Of a DNA stretch of 64,000 nt, positions 19,876-30,084 are shown piece after piece. The first letter of the stretch is position 1. Every line of letters begins with the position of its first letter. The notes beneath the pieces were generated by a model that had not been told where the DNA came from, did no database searches, and saw only the letters and a program-made list of their open reading frames with translations. Made by a program: the position numbers and the translations under genes. The stretch spans positions 47,207 to 111,206 of the forward strand of contig CACMIG010000002.1 in assembly GCA_902613705.1 (NCBI GenBank), read 5' to 3'. Origin of the DNA: an uncultured SAR86 cluster bacterium (GTDB lineage: Bacteria; Pseudomonadota; Gammaproteobacteria; Magnimaribacterales; D2472).

Positions 19876-20640
19876 TTACTTAATAATATTAACAACTTCG
19901 TGGTATGCATCTCTCATTACATCGCAATCAACCTTATAAACTAAATAGTTTGCACCCATATCTCTAAACGTCTTTAGAGTATCATGAGAGGTTGCAATCG
20001 TACCTACAGATTTTTTAGCTTGCTTTGATTTATTTATTATTTCTTGAAGATTATTTAACACCAATGGATTATTGACGTCTCCAGGAATTCCTAAAGATTT
20101 TGACAAATCAAATAGACCAACAAATATTACATCAAAGTCTTTTACTTCTAGAATCTCATCTAAATTTTCTATTGCTCCTTTACCCTCAATATTGAATACA
20201 ACTAAAGTATTTTCATTTGCTTTATCGGTCAGTGCTTTTGCATTTTTAGCATCAAAATTGCCAGCTCTGGTGTATGGAGAAAGACCCCTATCTCCCATTG
20301 GAGGATATTTAGAATATTCGATAACTCTATTAGCATCTTTTTTGGATTCAATGTTAGGAATTTGAATGCCATGAGCTCCTATATCTAACGCGTTTTGTAT
20401 AAAAGCTTTATTTATATCACCAATTCTCATTAAAGGTGATGTTCCATGCAGCTCACAAGATGAGCACATTGCTTGAGCAGTCTCAAAATTAATTGGTCCA
20501 TGCTCTTGATCAATTATTACGAAGTCTAGCCCTGCTGAGCTAAATATTTCTACATTAGTTTGCGATGGAACAACTATCCAAGTTCCAATTGTAGTTTCTC
20601 CTGAAATTAGTTTTTGTTTTAAAAAATTCTCTTTTAACAT
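19876..20640 (-). CDS. HpcH/HpaI-family class II pyruvate aldolase
   Basis: DFVIIDQEHG, ALDIGAHGIQIP, YPPMGDRG, NIE, FVGLFDLS. Confidence 0.9.
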   Translation of the reverse strand: MLKENFLKQKLISGETTIGTWIVVPSQTNVEIFSSAGLDFVIIDQEHGPINFETAQAMCSSCELHGTSPLMRIGDINKAFIQNALDIGAHGIQIPNIESKKDANRVIEYSKYPPMGDRGLSPYTRAGNFDAKNAKALTDKANENTLVVFNIEGKGAIENLDEILEVKDFDVIFVGLFDLSKSLGIPGDVNNPLVLNNLQEIINKSKQAKKSVGTIATSHDTLKTFRDMGANYLVYKVDCDVMRDAYHEVVNIIK

Positions 20641-20641
20641 C

Positions 20642-21319
20642 TTATTTTAAAATATTAGAGTTTTGCATTAATATTTGCGCAAGTTTAAAATCATACTCCG
20701 TATCAATATCTACTGCCTCAAAGGGGGAGACTTCATATAAAAAAGGATTTTTTGAAATAACGTATCTATTTTTTATCATTTGATTAATTGAAGTAATAAA
20801 AAGTGCGCCAGTGATATAGAAATAATTATCAAGAAATTGAGAATATTTATGCCAAGGTCCCCACGCATAATTTAAAGGTTGTTTTTTTTCAGAAATTATA
20901 AAATCAGTTGATTTTAGAACAGTAATAAGACCATCATGGCCATTTTTACAAATTTCATAATATTTATCGACTGCAGATTTATAAGAATTAAAAGTTGGTG
21001 AAGTTGTATGACACCAGGCTAGATTAGTTTCAGATTTCTCAGGCAAACTAGACGCAACATGTGCAATAACATCACTCCATGGAATTTCATTGTTACAGTA
21101 TTCATCATCTCTTCTAATAAACTTTATACCTTTTGATAATATTTTTTTTTCAAGTGAAATAGAGTTTGATGAAACATATATATCATCAAAAGCTTCTGAA
21201 TCTAGCAGTTGATTGATAAGCAAATCAAAAAGAGACATGTCATTAAAAAAATTCCTAAAATTTTTACTTTCGACTCTTTCAGATACGCTTTTGACCGGTA
21301 TAACTGCTACTGTTCTCAT
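20642..21319 (-). CDS. NeuA-like CMP-ulosonate cytidylyltransferase
   Basis: AVIPVKSVSERVESKN, HTTSP, DIDTEYDF. Confidence 0.85.
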   Translation of the reverse strand: MRTVAVIPVKSVSERVESKNFRNFFNDMSLFDLLINQLLDSEAFDDIYVSSNSISLEKKILSKGIKFIRRDDEYCNNEIPWSDVIAHVASSLPEKSETNLAWCHTTSPTFNSYKSAVDKYYEICKNGHDGLITVLKSTDFIISEKKQPLNYAWGPWHKYSQFLDNYFYITGALFITSINQMIKNRYVISKNPFLYEVSPFEAVDIDTEYDFKLAQILMQNSNILK

Positions 21320-21380
21320 AATATGTAATATTTTTGAGAATTATATCACTATAAAAAAAATTAATTCATTTCAAAGTGGT

Positions 21381-22040
21381 CTAGATATAGTTTATTATTT
21401 CTTTCAAGTCGAAAGCAGACTCAAATTTTTCTTTTTTTGCTAGCTCTATCATCTTTTTATCAACCGAATAACGACTAATGAATAAAAAATTTATATTAGA
21501 ATTTTCTGACGCTTCTAAGTCAGCCTCAGAATCTCCAATCATAAGAATTTTTTTATTTTTATGTTCAGAACATATATCTTTTACTAATTTATTTTTTTCA
21601 ATTGGAGAACCATAAACTGACATGAAATATTTGCCAATGCCTCTATTTTTAAAGACCATTCTAAGTTCACTTTGGTCGCTTCCTGATGCAACATATTTAT
21701 ACTTATCTTTTGTTTTCTCTAAAATTTCTACAACGCCAGCACATAATTCAGCATTATCATAAATTTTTTTGCAACGACTGCTAAAGTCTTCAATAATCTT
21801 ATTGTACAAATCTACTTGAAATGATTTATTTAGAATATTTTCAATAAAATACCTAGCATGAGAAAAACGAGAACGTCCAAAATTTTCTTTAAAATAATTA
21901 GTAAACTCCTCAATATGTTTGGTATCAAATTCACTTAATGTTTCCTGAAAAGCTTTTAATTTTAGATGAGTTGTGTCAAAGATGATTCCATCACAATCAA
22001 AGATTAATACATCATATTTATTATTATTTAGGTTATGCAT
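21381..22040 (-). CDS. HAD-superfamily hydrolase (phosphatase)
   Basis: IFDCDG, YVASG, YGSP..K, MIGDSEAD. Confidence 0.88.
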   Translation of the reverse strand: MHNLNNNKYDVLIFDCDGIIFDTTHLKLKAFQETLSEFDTKHIEEFTNYFKENFGRSRFSHARYFIENILNKSFQVDLYNKIIEDFSSRCKKIYDNAELCAGVVEILEKTKDKYKYVASGSDQSELRMVFKNRGIGKYFMSVYGSPIEKNKLVKDICSEHKNKKILMIGDSEADLEASENSNINFLFISRYSVDKKMIELAKKEKFESAFDLKEIINYI

Positions 22041-22084
22041 TTATGTGAATCAAATATTATTTTTTAATTAAGGAAGTCTAAGTT

Positions 22085-23137
22085 TTAAGAGTCTTTGAAA
22101 CAATTTTCTACGTATCTGATTTGATCTAAAACTCTTAAAGAATATCCAGCTTCATTATCGTACCAGAGAACAAGTTTTAATAAATTTCCACCAGTAACAT
22201 CAGTCCACCTTGAATCTACAACTGCTGAATGTCTATTTTTTACAAAGTCTAACGAAACTAAAGGCTCATTCATAAGATCAAAAATTTCCCATGTTTGAGT
22301 ACTCCTATATTCATTTATAATTTTATGCACTTCTTCCGTTGATGAATCTTTGTTTAGCTGAAGTGTTAAGTCAGCGCTTCCAACTATAGCAGTTGGTGTT
22401 CTATATGAGAAAGAACCAATATCATCTTCAGTTAAGCGACTTAATACCTGTGCTGTAGCAGTAATTGCTGATGTTGGTTTTGGAATTAAATTACCTATAA
22501 CTGATCGCCCTAATGCATAATGATGATATATCTCTCCTGGTACAGACCAACTACTAGAAGCCCCATCCATTAAATTTTGGTAATTAAGCCAAGGATGAAG
22601 AGTTGTAACTTGACCACACTTTATTCCAATCTTTTTATCAAGTAATTCTAATAAGGGTGCAATAGCAGTTGCATCACAAATACTTGTTGCAATGACAAAA
22701 TGATTATCAATATCAAGATTGTTTTCATTGCATCCTAATACCATAGTAAAATCAACATCATGATCAGGCGCATGGGTAACAAAAACTCTTTTGCAAATAT
22801 CTTTTTCAATTAAGACTTTTGAGTCTATAAGATTTTGTTTGATGCCAGTTGCTTCAATAACATAATCTACACCTGAATCTTTCCAAGGAACATCATAAAT
22901 TGAGTTGCAGTTCGAGACAGCTATTTTCTTTCCACTTGATAACTCAAGATTATTATCAGAAACTTTAATAGGTTCTTCTAAAGATCCATAAATAGTATCA
23001 TAATTCAACGTGTAACAAATATTCCCAATATCTGGATTTGCTTCATTGATTGCGCATATTTCAATTTCTTCAATTTCAAGAGAGCGTCTAAAAATCGCTC
23101 TACCAATTCTGCCTAATCCATTTATTCCTATTTTCAT
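22085..23137 (-). CDS. Divergent GAPDH/erythrose-4-phosphate-dehydrogenase-family enzyme
   Basis: GINGLGRIGR, VIEATG and WYDNE are present; the catalytic loop reads SICDATAIAP instead of ASCTTNCLAP. Confidence 0.85.
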   Translation of the reverse strand: MKIGINGLGRIGRAIFRRSLEIEEIEICAINEANPDIGNICYTLNYDTIYGSLEEPIKVSDNNLELSSGKKIAVSNCNSIYDVPWKDSGVDYVIEATGIKQNLIDSKVLIEKDICKRVFVTHAPDHDVDFTMVLGCNENNLDIDNHFVIATSICDATAIAPLLELLDKKIGIKCGQVTTLHPWLNYQNLMDGASSSWSVPGEIYHHYALGRSVIGNLIPKPTSAITATAQVLSRLTEDDIGSFSYRTPTAIVGSADLTLQLNKDSSTEEVHKIINEYRSTQTWEIFDLMNEPLVSLDFVKNRHSAVVDSRWTDVTGGNLLKLVLWYDNEAGYSLRVLDQIRYVENCFKDS

Positions 23138-23154
23138 TTTTCCTTCTTAAAGTT

Positions 23155-24135
23155 TCAAACTATTCTATTTTGTTTTTGAATACCATCCAATGCATTCAGT
23201 GACATCTTAGAGGCTTTATATCGCATTTCCTCATAACTATCTGGAGAATAATATGCTGTATGGGGATTTATAATGATTCTATCAGAAAATTCTGAATTTA
23301 AATCAATCCATGATGATAGAAATATATTTTGCTTATCGATCTCAGGAGGCTCCTCTGGAAGAACATCTAGACCAACAGCACCAATTCTGCCAGATAGAAT
23401 TCCTTTGGCTAGACAATCATATGAGGATAAGAGACCACCTCTTGCTGTATTTATTAATATACTTCCAGTCTTCATAGAGTTTATAAAATCATCATTAATC
23501 ATCCCTTCTGTCTCAGACGATAATGGTACATGAACAGAAATAATATCAGAAGTACCCAATAGCTCTTTTAAACTATCATGTCGAGTTGCATCTAATACTT
23601 TTTCATACCCAGCATCCACATAAGGATCATAAAAATTTATATCCCCAATGATGTTTTTCATTTTTAAAGCTAATGAGCTTCCTATCCTGCCAGCTCCAAC
23701 TAATCCTAGTTTTAAACTTTTAAGTCTTAATGACTGATGATTGATATTTTCTTGCCACGGATTTTTTAAATTCGGCTTAATGACCAAACTTCTTGCTTTA
23801 TTATTATAGTATCCTATGCAACGACTTAAATTCATAATCATTGCTAGCGCTGTGTCACTAACCTCATCAACCCCATAATCTGGATTATTAAAAACCTTAA
23901 TTCCTTTATTATTGCAATAATTTATGTCAATGTTATCAAAGCCAACGCCGTATCTAACAATAGCTTTAACATTTGGAAAGTCTTTTAAACTTTCTTCATC
24001 TACTAAAAAATGCCAAACCAATAATACCTCTACAGATTTTTTATCAACATTCTTATCCAAAAAAGTACATAATTTATTTCCTAAAATATTTTTTTCAAGA
24101 CTAGGTTCACTTACATAATCAGTTAGATAAATCAT
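23155..24135 (-). CDS. D-2-hydroxyacid dehydrogenase (CtBP-like)
   Basis: RYGVGFDNID, PDYGVDEV, GAGRIG, INTARG, LDV..EP, PHTAYYS. Confidence 0.9.
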   Translation of the reverse strand: MIYLTDYVSEPSLEKNILGNKLCTFLDKNVDKKSVEVLLVWHFLVDEESLKDFPNVKAIVRYGVGFDNIDINYCNNKGIKVFNNPDYGVDEVSDTALAMIMNLSRCIGYYNNKARSLVIKPNLKNPWQENINHQSLRLKSLKLGLVGAGRIGSSLALKMKNIIGDINFYDPYVDAGYEKVLDATRHDSLKELLGTSDIISVHVPLSSETEGMINDDFINSMKTGSILINTARGGLLSSYDCLAKGILSGRIGAVGLDVLPEEPPEIDKQNIFLSSWIDLNSEFSDRIIINPHTAYYSPDSYEEMRYKASKMSLNALDGIQKQNRIV

Positions 24136-24898
24136 TTATGTGCTCCTTTATAATTTCTAGTATATCTTGAGTATTGTCGTCTAGGTCATTGTATCCCCAT
24201 CCTGCTTGTAAAGTAATAACATTAATTTTTTGCCAATTATGTATGTCAAACTCTGAAATCATATCATCAATAAAAAAAGCCTTATTCTTTTGATTTTTTA
24301 GCTGCAAACTTTCTATTAAGTTATATTTATTATTATCGTATTTATTTAGTGCTTCATTTCCGTATATCTCTTTTACAGGCAATCTTGAACCAAGAAACCA
24401 TTTTTTTATTGCCATATAATTTTTTCTTGAAACTACAATCACCTCTACAGAATTATTTTTTATAATTTTGTAGAATTGATTTATAAATAAAGTTTCAGGA
24501 TTTTCTCTGACCCAGTCTTCATCTGAAAGTGTTACAAATTTTTTATCTCGAAGACTGAAAAAATTTTTCTTAAATGTTTTTAAAATCTTTGGGCATACGG
24601 ATTGTATTTTGGAAAAAAATAAATTTGGTACCTGATTATCCTCAGGAATCTTGTTTTTACTAAGGAACTCCTGGAATATTGCATCAATCAGACAAAAATA
24701 ATGTTCTGGAGGAATAACTAAATATCTATTAGATATACAACAGTCAATAATTTTAGACTTCGCGTTAGAAATGGTAGAACTATCAATATTGTTAAAAAGA
24801 TCATTTTCAGTTTCTTGCCATACACTAAACGCATTATTTACACACTCAATTGCAGAATGAGCGATTACACCATCAAAATCTAAATAAAACCTACCCAT
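24119..24898 (-). CDS. HAD-like hydrolase
   Basis: LDFDGVI motif I, VVSRK, FIDD, WGYN; start moved to the ATG at 24898. Confidence 0.7.
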   Translation of the reverse strand: MGRFYLDFDGVIAHSAIECVNNAFSVWQETENDLFNNIDSSTISNAKSKIIDCCISNRYLVIPPEHYFCLIDAIFQEFLSKNKIPEDNQVPNLFFSKIQSVCPKILKTFKKNFFSLRDKKFVTLSDEDWVRENPETLFINQFYKIIKNNSVEVIVVSRKNYMAIKKWFLGSRLPVKEIYGNEALNKYDNNKYNLIESLQLKNQKNKAFFIDDMISEFDIHNWQKINVITLQAGWGYNDLDDNTQDILEIIKEHINDLSN

Positions 24899-25124
24899 CA
24901 AATAAACTCTTAAAGACAATGAAAATTTAAAAGATGTTAAGTATATCAAATATAAAAAAAGTGGCCTCATGATTCATTTAGAGATTTTTCTATAATAATC
25001 TTTGTATTTTTATTTTTTCTCACTTAAAGAAAATACTTAATTCAAGTATGAAGTGTTTTATTTAAAAAAATTATTCCATATAAACCTTGCTGATATAAAA
25101 TATTAGATTAATTTATGAAAAATA

Positions 25125-26072
25125 ATGAATAATAATTTATCTAATATCAATCCTACTCTTTCGATTCTTATACCATCATATAATGATGAAAACTACATCA
25201 AAGAATGTTTGGATAGTATTCTCTCAAATATATCTAGTGATTTTGAAGTTATTCTAAATGATGATTGGTCTGATGATAGGACTTTACAAATTGCAAATTC
25301 ATATAATGATTCTAGATTAATATGTAGAAAGGCGAGCAAGAAATTAGGAACTGTAGATAATTGGAAAAGATGTTGTGAATTAGCCAAGGGAAGCTACATA
25401 TATATTGTTGGATCAGATGATTATATTTCTCCTCAAGGTATCGATAAGATACTTCCAAAACTTGATGGGAATTCTATAGTAACGGCTCCAATGAGATGTT
25501 TTGAAGACAAAGATAATTCAACAATAGAAATACAAAGCACCCCAGAGCTAATATCTAAAATATTTTTAAATATTGATAAAGCTGATGGTGGTAATTTATT
25601 ATTATTTTCAAATCATGATGAACTCGTACACAATTTTTTTCCAAGAAAAAATATGAAACAAGTCCTTGATTTGGCTTCTGGTTCCGGTAACACTGTTTTT
25701 TTCTACTGGGTTTTAATTCTTTTCCACAAATCTAAAATAATTTGTACAGAAGATATATTTCTCAATAAAAGATATCTTAAAAAAAGCAACAGGGTTGCGT
25801 GGAATTCTGAATATCATAAAACCAGCCTCAAAAACCCAATGAAATACGTAAATAAAGCTATAAAGGACGTTTACAACACTTTTATAGTTCTCAAAGTTCT
25901 AAAAGACATTAATATCTTTCTTAGGATTTTACTTCTGCCAATTAGGCAAACTGAAAAAGGAGGAGGATTTCACGGTTTAACAAGACAAAATATAAGCTTC
26001 TATCATTTAGGAACCTTGCCGACCCTAATTCTCTCCCCATTTTATGAATTATATAAATTGATAAAAAAATAA
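25125..26072 (+). CDS. Glycosyltransferase family 2 (the only plus-strand gene in the island)
   Basis: SILIPSYN, NDDWSDD, GSDD. Confidence 0.85.
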   Translation: MNNNLSNINPTLSILIPSYNDENYIKECLDSILSNISSDFEVILNDDWSDDRTLQIANSYNDSRLICRKASKKLGTVDNWKRCCELAKGSYIYIVGSDDYISPQGIDKILPKLDGNSIVTAPMRCFEDKDNSTIEIQSTPELISKIFLNIDKADGGNLLLFSNHDELVHNFFPRKNMKQVLDLASGSGNTVFFYWVLILFHKSKIICTEDIFLNKRYLKKSNRVAWNSEYHKTSLKNPMKYVNKAIKDVYNTFIVLKVLKDINIFLRILLLPIRQTEKGGGFHGLTRQNISFYHLGTLPTLILSPFYELYKLIKK

Positions 26073-26077
26073 ATTTA

Positions 26078-26929
26078 TTATTTTGATCTTAAAACTTTTA
26101 TTTCATCAAGCCTTGATTTTAAGTGTTGATTGAATGATTTTGTCCTAGATGATGGGAATATATTTTCTGGAATATTGTCTTTATTTAAGTTAGCAAAGTA
26201 ATCGATATTATTGTGAAGCACCTCAATATCAACATTATTGCCAACTAGTGTCATAATTTTTTCAGCTATTTCTCTTAAAGATAGGGTATTTTCACTCATA
26301 ATGCAGTAGTTATTCGCTGGAAAATTTATAGAATCAATTATCGCCTCGCAGACATCAGAAACATGTGAAATATTTATATATACATCTGTTTTAGGCAATT
26401 CAATTGATTTATTGTCAATTATTTTATTCAGGAAGGTATCAATGACTCTATTTCTATTATCTCCTGTACCGAATGTATCAAACAAGTATATAAATGAAAC
26501 GTTATCATAGTTTTTCTCCATGTATTTCATTCCTAAGCTTTTAGTTAGGGAATACGGAGTTTGTAATTCTAAATCTAATAACTGAAAGTAACTTGCAAGT
26601 TGAATTATTTTTAAATTTTTAGATCCTAAATAATTTTCAATTATATTTATTGGAAGTATAGTATTGGACATATACAAGTTCTCGAGCTCTATTGTTGTTT
26701 TAGGAGCAGCATTATATAAAGCCGCAATATTTATAAATAATTTGTCGCTATTAGATATAGTAAGATCCTTATTATCTGCTATTTCAATCTTGCCATCTTG
26801 GGTATAGACTTCATGAACATTATAACGTCTAAAATTAATTATTTTTGGAAATTTTTTAAGAAGAAGTGGGAGTAAGTTTTTCCCTATAAAGCCCGATAAT
26901 CCAGTCGTATATACTACTTCAAAATGCAT
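26078..26929 (-). CDS. NDP-4-keto-sugar reductase-like extended SDR (abequose/paratose synthase-like)
   Basis: TGLSGFIG, SYFQ, PYSLTK, LFDTFGTGD.R. Confidence 0.65.
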   Translation of the reverse strand: MHFEVVYTTGLSGFIGKNLLPLLLKKFPKIINFRRYNVHEVYTQDGKIEIADNKDLTISNSDKLFINIAALYNAAPKTTIELENLYMSNTILPINIIENYLGSKNLKIIQLASYFQLLDLELQTPYSLTKSLGMKYMEKNYDNVSFIYLFDTFGTGDNRNRVIDTFLNKIIDNKSIELPKTDVYINISHVSDVCEAIIDSINFPANNYCIMSENTLSLREIAEKIMTLVGNNVDIEVLHNNIDYFANLNKDNIPENIFPSSRTKSFNQHLKSRLDEIKVLRSK

Positions 26930-28107
26930 TCTTCGGCTTCAGCAATCTTAGATATCAAATAGTCTAATTTTTCAGCAGTCATCTTATTATGGCATCCAAG
27001 TAGTACACCGTTTTCCATAATTTGATCTGAAGCATTGAATTCGCCATGTGACTCCCATTTAAACTTCTGAGATACTGGCTGTCTGAGAATATTTCCTGTA
27101 AAAACTGTTCTTGTTTGAATACCAGATTTTTCAAGAAAAATTTGAAAATCTTTGCGTTTTCCTTTCAGTTTGTTGGTTAACATCAAAGGGAAAGACATCC
27201 ATCCTGTTTTTACATTATCATACGCTGAAAAACCCCTCATATTATCTGATAATGAAATAGCATCTTTTATATAATGGAAGTTATTTAATCTATTTTCTAC
27301 TTTTTGTTCAATTTTATTTAGTTGCTCTAAAGCAAAAGCTGCCGAAATTTCAGAAGGAAGAAGGTTATAGCCTAAGTCATCGAAAATAAATTTATCATCA
27401 TAATCCATACCATCTAATTTACAATCAAATCTCCTATCATAATCTTCAGTCTCTCCATACAAAGCAGATCTTCTACCCCATCCCCGTAAAGATTTAGCAT
27501 TAAGGTAATGCTTTTCTTCTTTGAAAGCTGTTAACCCGCCATTACCTGCACCGGTGATGACATGTGAAGCGAAAAAGCTTGTAGTTGATACATCAGACCA
27601 GTCACTGAGTTCTGTATCATAAGAATATCCAATTGTGTCAGCAGAATCTTCAATTACCATTAAATCATTGTTTTTTGCAAAATTATATATCTCTTCCCAA
27701 TTAGCAACGTTTCCAATTAAATTTGGAACTTTTATTGCTGACACATCTGTTAAATCTATTTCTTTTAATATGTCAGGGTCCATTTGAAGAGTATCTATAT
27801 CTGCATCAATAAAATAAGGAACCAAGCCAGACTGAACAATTGGGGCTACAGTTGTTATAAAAGTTAATGCTGGAGTTATTACTTTTGAGCCTTTGGGCAA
27901 ATCCAAGGCTTTCATTGCTAAAAGATTAGCTGAGGAGCCACTATTGCTCATTACACCATATTCTTTTCTAAATATATTTGCCACTTTGGACTCTAGTTCA
28001 AATACATTCTCACTACACATAAGTGCAAGGGGTTTATTTTTTAAGACATCAGTTGCAGCATTTATCTCTTCTTGACCGTAATCAGCTTCACAATACCAAA
28101 CTCTCAT
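26914..28107 (-). CDS. RfbH/DdhC/ColD-type PLP/PMP-dependent NDP-4-keto-sugar 3-dehydratase
   Basis: NSGSSANLLA, EDSAD, SFFASHVITGAG (His at the DegT Lys position), TGNILRQP. Confidence 0.8.
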   Translation of the reverse strand: MRVWYCEADYGQEEINAATDVLKNKPLALMCSENVFELESKVANIFRKEYGVMSNSGSSANLLAMKALDLPKGSKVITPALTFITTVAPIVQSGLVPYFIDADIDTLQMDPDILKEIDLTDVSAIKVPNLIGNVANWEEIYNFAKNNDLMVIEDSADTIGYSYDTELSDWSDVSTTSFFASHVITGAGNGGLTAFKEEKHYLNAKSLRGWGRRSALYGETEDYDRRFDCKLDGMDYDDKFIFDDLGYNLLPSEISAAFALEQLNKIEQKVENRLNNFHYIKDAISLSDNMRGFSAYDNVKTGWMSFPLMLTNKLKGKRKDFQIFLEKSGIQTRTVFTGNILRQPVSQKFKWESHGEFNASDQIMENGVLLGCHNKMTAEKLDYLISKIAEAEECILK

Positions 28108-28179
28108 AGGGCTATCTCCTATAGTTTAAGATTATATATGTATAATAAAAGAACGATTATATACCTAAAAAGTATATTA

Positions 28180-29076
28180 TTATGAACTTAAAGCAATTTT
28201 TTGAAGATAACTTCCATATTTTGTGTCTTTCATAGACTCAGCTTGAGCTATCAATTGTTTTTTTGAAATCCAGCCTTTTTGAAAAGCAATTTCTTCTATG
28301 CATGCGACCTTCAAACCCTGTCTATGTTCAATTGTTTGAACAAATTGACTTGCCTCAAGAAGAGAGTCATGAGTACCTGTATCAAGCCAAGCAAAGCCCC
28401 TTCCTAATAACTCAGCATTTAGTTCACCTTTAGAAAAATAATATTTGTTTACATCAGTTATTTCGAGTTCTCCTCTTGCAGATGGGCTTATTGATTTGGC
28501 AATTGACACAACATCATTATTATAAAAATATAATCCTGTAACAGCATAATTTGATTTTGGATTACGAGGTTTTTCTTCTATAGAAAGAACATTTCCTTGA
28601 TTATCAAACTCAATGACTCCAAATCGCTCAGGATCATTAACATGATAGCCAAAAACTGTAGCTCCATTATTTTTTTGAACAACTTTCGCTAAGTGTTCAG
28701 AAAAACTTTGACCGTAAAAAATATTATCTCCCAACACAAGAGCAACAGGGCTATCCTCAATAAAATCCTCTCCAAGAATAAATGCACTTGCAAGACCGTC
28801 AGGTTTTTTTTGAACAATATAAGTCAACTCAATACCAAATTGCCTTCCATCACCGAGTAGATTTTTATAAGAACCAATATCTTCTAGAGTGGTGATGATA
28901 AGAACTTCCCTTATGTTTGCAAGCATAAGAACAGACAATGAATAATATATCATAGGCTTGTCATATACAGGTAAAAGCTGTTTTGATACGCCTTTTGTAA
29001 GTGGATATAACCTAGTTCCTGATCCGCCTGCTAATACAATGCCTTTATATGAATTAGTGATTAAATCTTCTTTCAT
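28180..29076 (-). CDS. rfbA: Glucose-1-phosphate thymidylyltransferase
   Basis: [55 protein letters not shown]. Confidence 0.96.
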   Translation of the reverse strand: MKEDLITNSYKGIVLAGGSGTRLYPLTKGVSKQLLPVYDKPMIYYSLSVLMLANIREVLIITTLEDIGSYKNLLGDGRQFGIELTYIVQKKPDGLASAFILGEDFIEDSPVALVLGDNIFYGQSFSEHLAKVVQKNNGATVFGYHVNDPERFGVIEFDNQGNVLSIEEKPRNPKSNYAVTGLYFYNNDVVSIAKSISPSARGELEITDVNKYYFSKGELNAELLGRGFAWLDTGTHDSLLEASQFVQTIEHRQGLKVACIEEIAFQKGWISKKQLIAQAESMKDTKYGSYLQKIALSS

Positions 29077-30053
29077 TGCAGATACCAATTATTAAGTTTT
29101 GCCCAATCAACTGTCTTTTGAACACCATTTTCCATTGTTGTTTTTGGACTCCAATCTAACAAATCAAAGGCCTTAGAAATATCCGGCACTCTTCTTGGAA
29201 TATCTTCATAAACATTTCCATATTTTTGCATTGTTGAGACATTTTTTGGTTTAAGATCAGAATCGGCTGCTTTTATGACTGCATCTATTACTTCCATCAT
29301 TGTATTTTCAACTGGATTTCCTAGATTAATTATCTCTCCAATTGCGTTATCTTTTGTAGCAGCCAAAATAATTCCATCAATAACATCTTCTATGTATGTA
29401 AAACATCTTGTTTGAAGTCCATCATCATAAAGCTCAGGTCTTTTATTGTTTAGCACCCTATGTACTGATTTTGAAACAACATAAATTGGATTCTGCCTAG
29501 GCCCATAAACATTAAAGAAGCGAACTATTGACATGGGCCAACCATCATTATGATGTAATCCAAATAACATGTGCTCACATAAAGCTTTTGCAGTTGAGTA
29601 GGACCAGCGGTCAACATTAGTGGCACCCAAAACTCTATCATCATTTTCAGCCCAAGGTATAACTTCATTACGACCATAAACCTCAGATGTTGAGGCAAAA
29701 AGCATCCTTACATTATTTTTATGACATAACCCAATTAAAGTCCTAGTTCCAATAACTCCTATATCTATAAGTTTTAGTGGGTCTTCCATATATCTGTTAA
29801 CACCTACTACTGATGCCATATGATATAAAACAGTTGCATCGTTTTGAAAAAAATTATTTAGATCATTGTTATTTGTTATGTCACCTTGATAATATATAAA
29901 TCCTTTATTATTTATGATGTTTGAAAGATTCTTGCTTAATTCAGCGTCAACGATATCAAAACCATATACTTGATAGTTTAAATCTAATAATTTTTCTGCT
30001 AAATGGCTGCCTATTAGACCAGCAACACCTGTTATCATTACTTTCTTATTCAT
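29073..30053 (-). CDS. NDP-glucuronate decarboxylase-like SDR (UXS/ArnA-C type)
   Basis: ASTSEVYG (not the TDE of 4,6-dehydratases), [25 protein letters not shown]. Confidence 0.75.
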   Translation of the reverse strand: MNKKVMITGVAGLIGSHLAEKLLDLNYQVYGFDIVDAELSKNLSNIINNKGFIYYQGDITNNNDLNNFFQNDATVLYHMASVVGVNRYMEDPLKLIDIGVIGTRTLIGLCHKNNVRMLFASTSEVYGRNEVIPWAENDDRVLGATNVDRWSYSTAKALCEHMLFGLHHNDGWPMSIVRFFNVYGPRQNPIYVVSKSVHRVLNNKRPELYDDGLQTRCFTYIEDVIDGIILAATKDNAIGEIINLGNPVENTMMEVIDAVIKAADSDLKPKNVSTMQKYGNVYEDIPRRVPDISKAFDLLDWSPKTTMENGVQKTVDWAKLNNWYLQ

Positions 30054-30084
30054 AAATTACTTAGTTTTACTTAAATTAAAAAAA

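Noticed and set aside
22085-24135. Epd + PdxB-like pair with pdxH as a de novo vitamin B6 pathway
   Set aside because: There is no pdxA, pdxJ or serC, and the pair is embedded with an aldolase and a CMP-transferase, which points to sugar synthesis.
28108-28179. Internal promoter (TATAAT at 28131-28136, minus strand) before the 3-dehydratase gene
   Set aside because: No convincing -35, and such hexamers are frequent by chance at this AT content.
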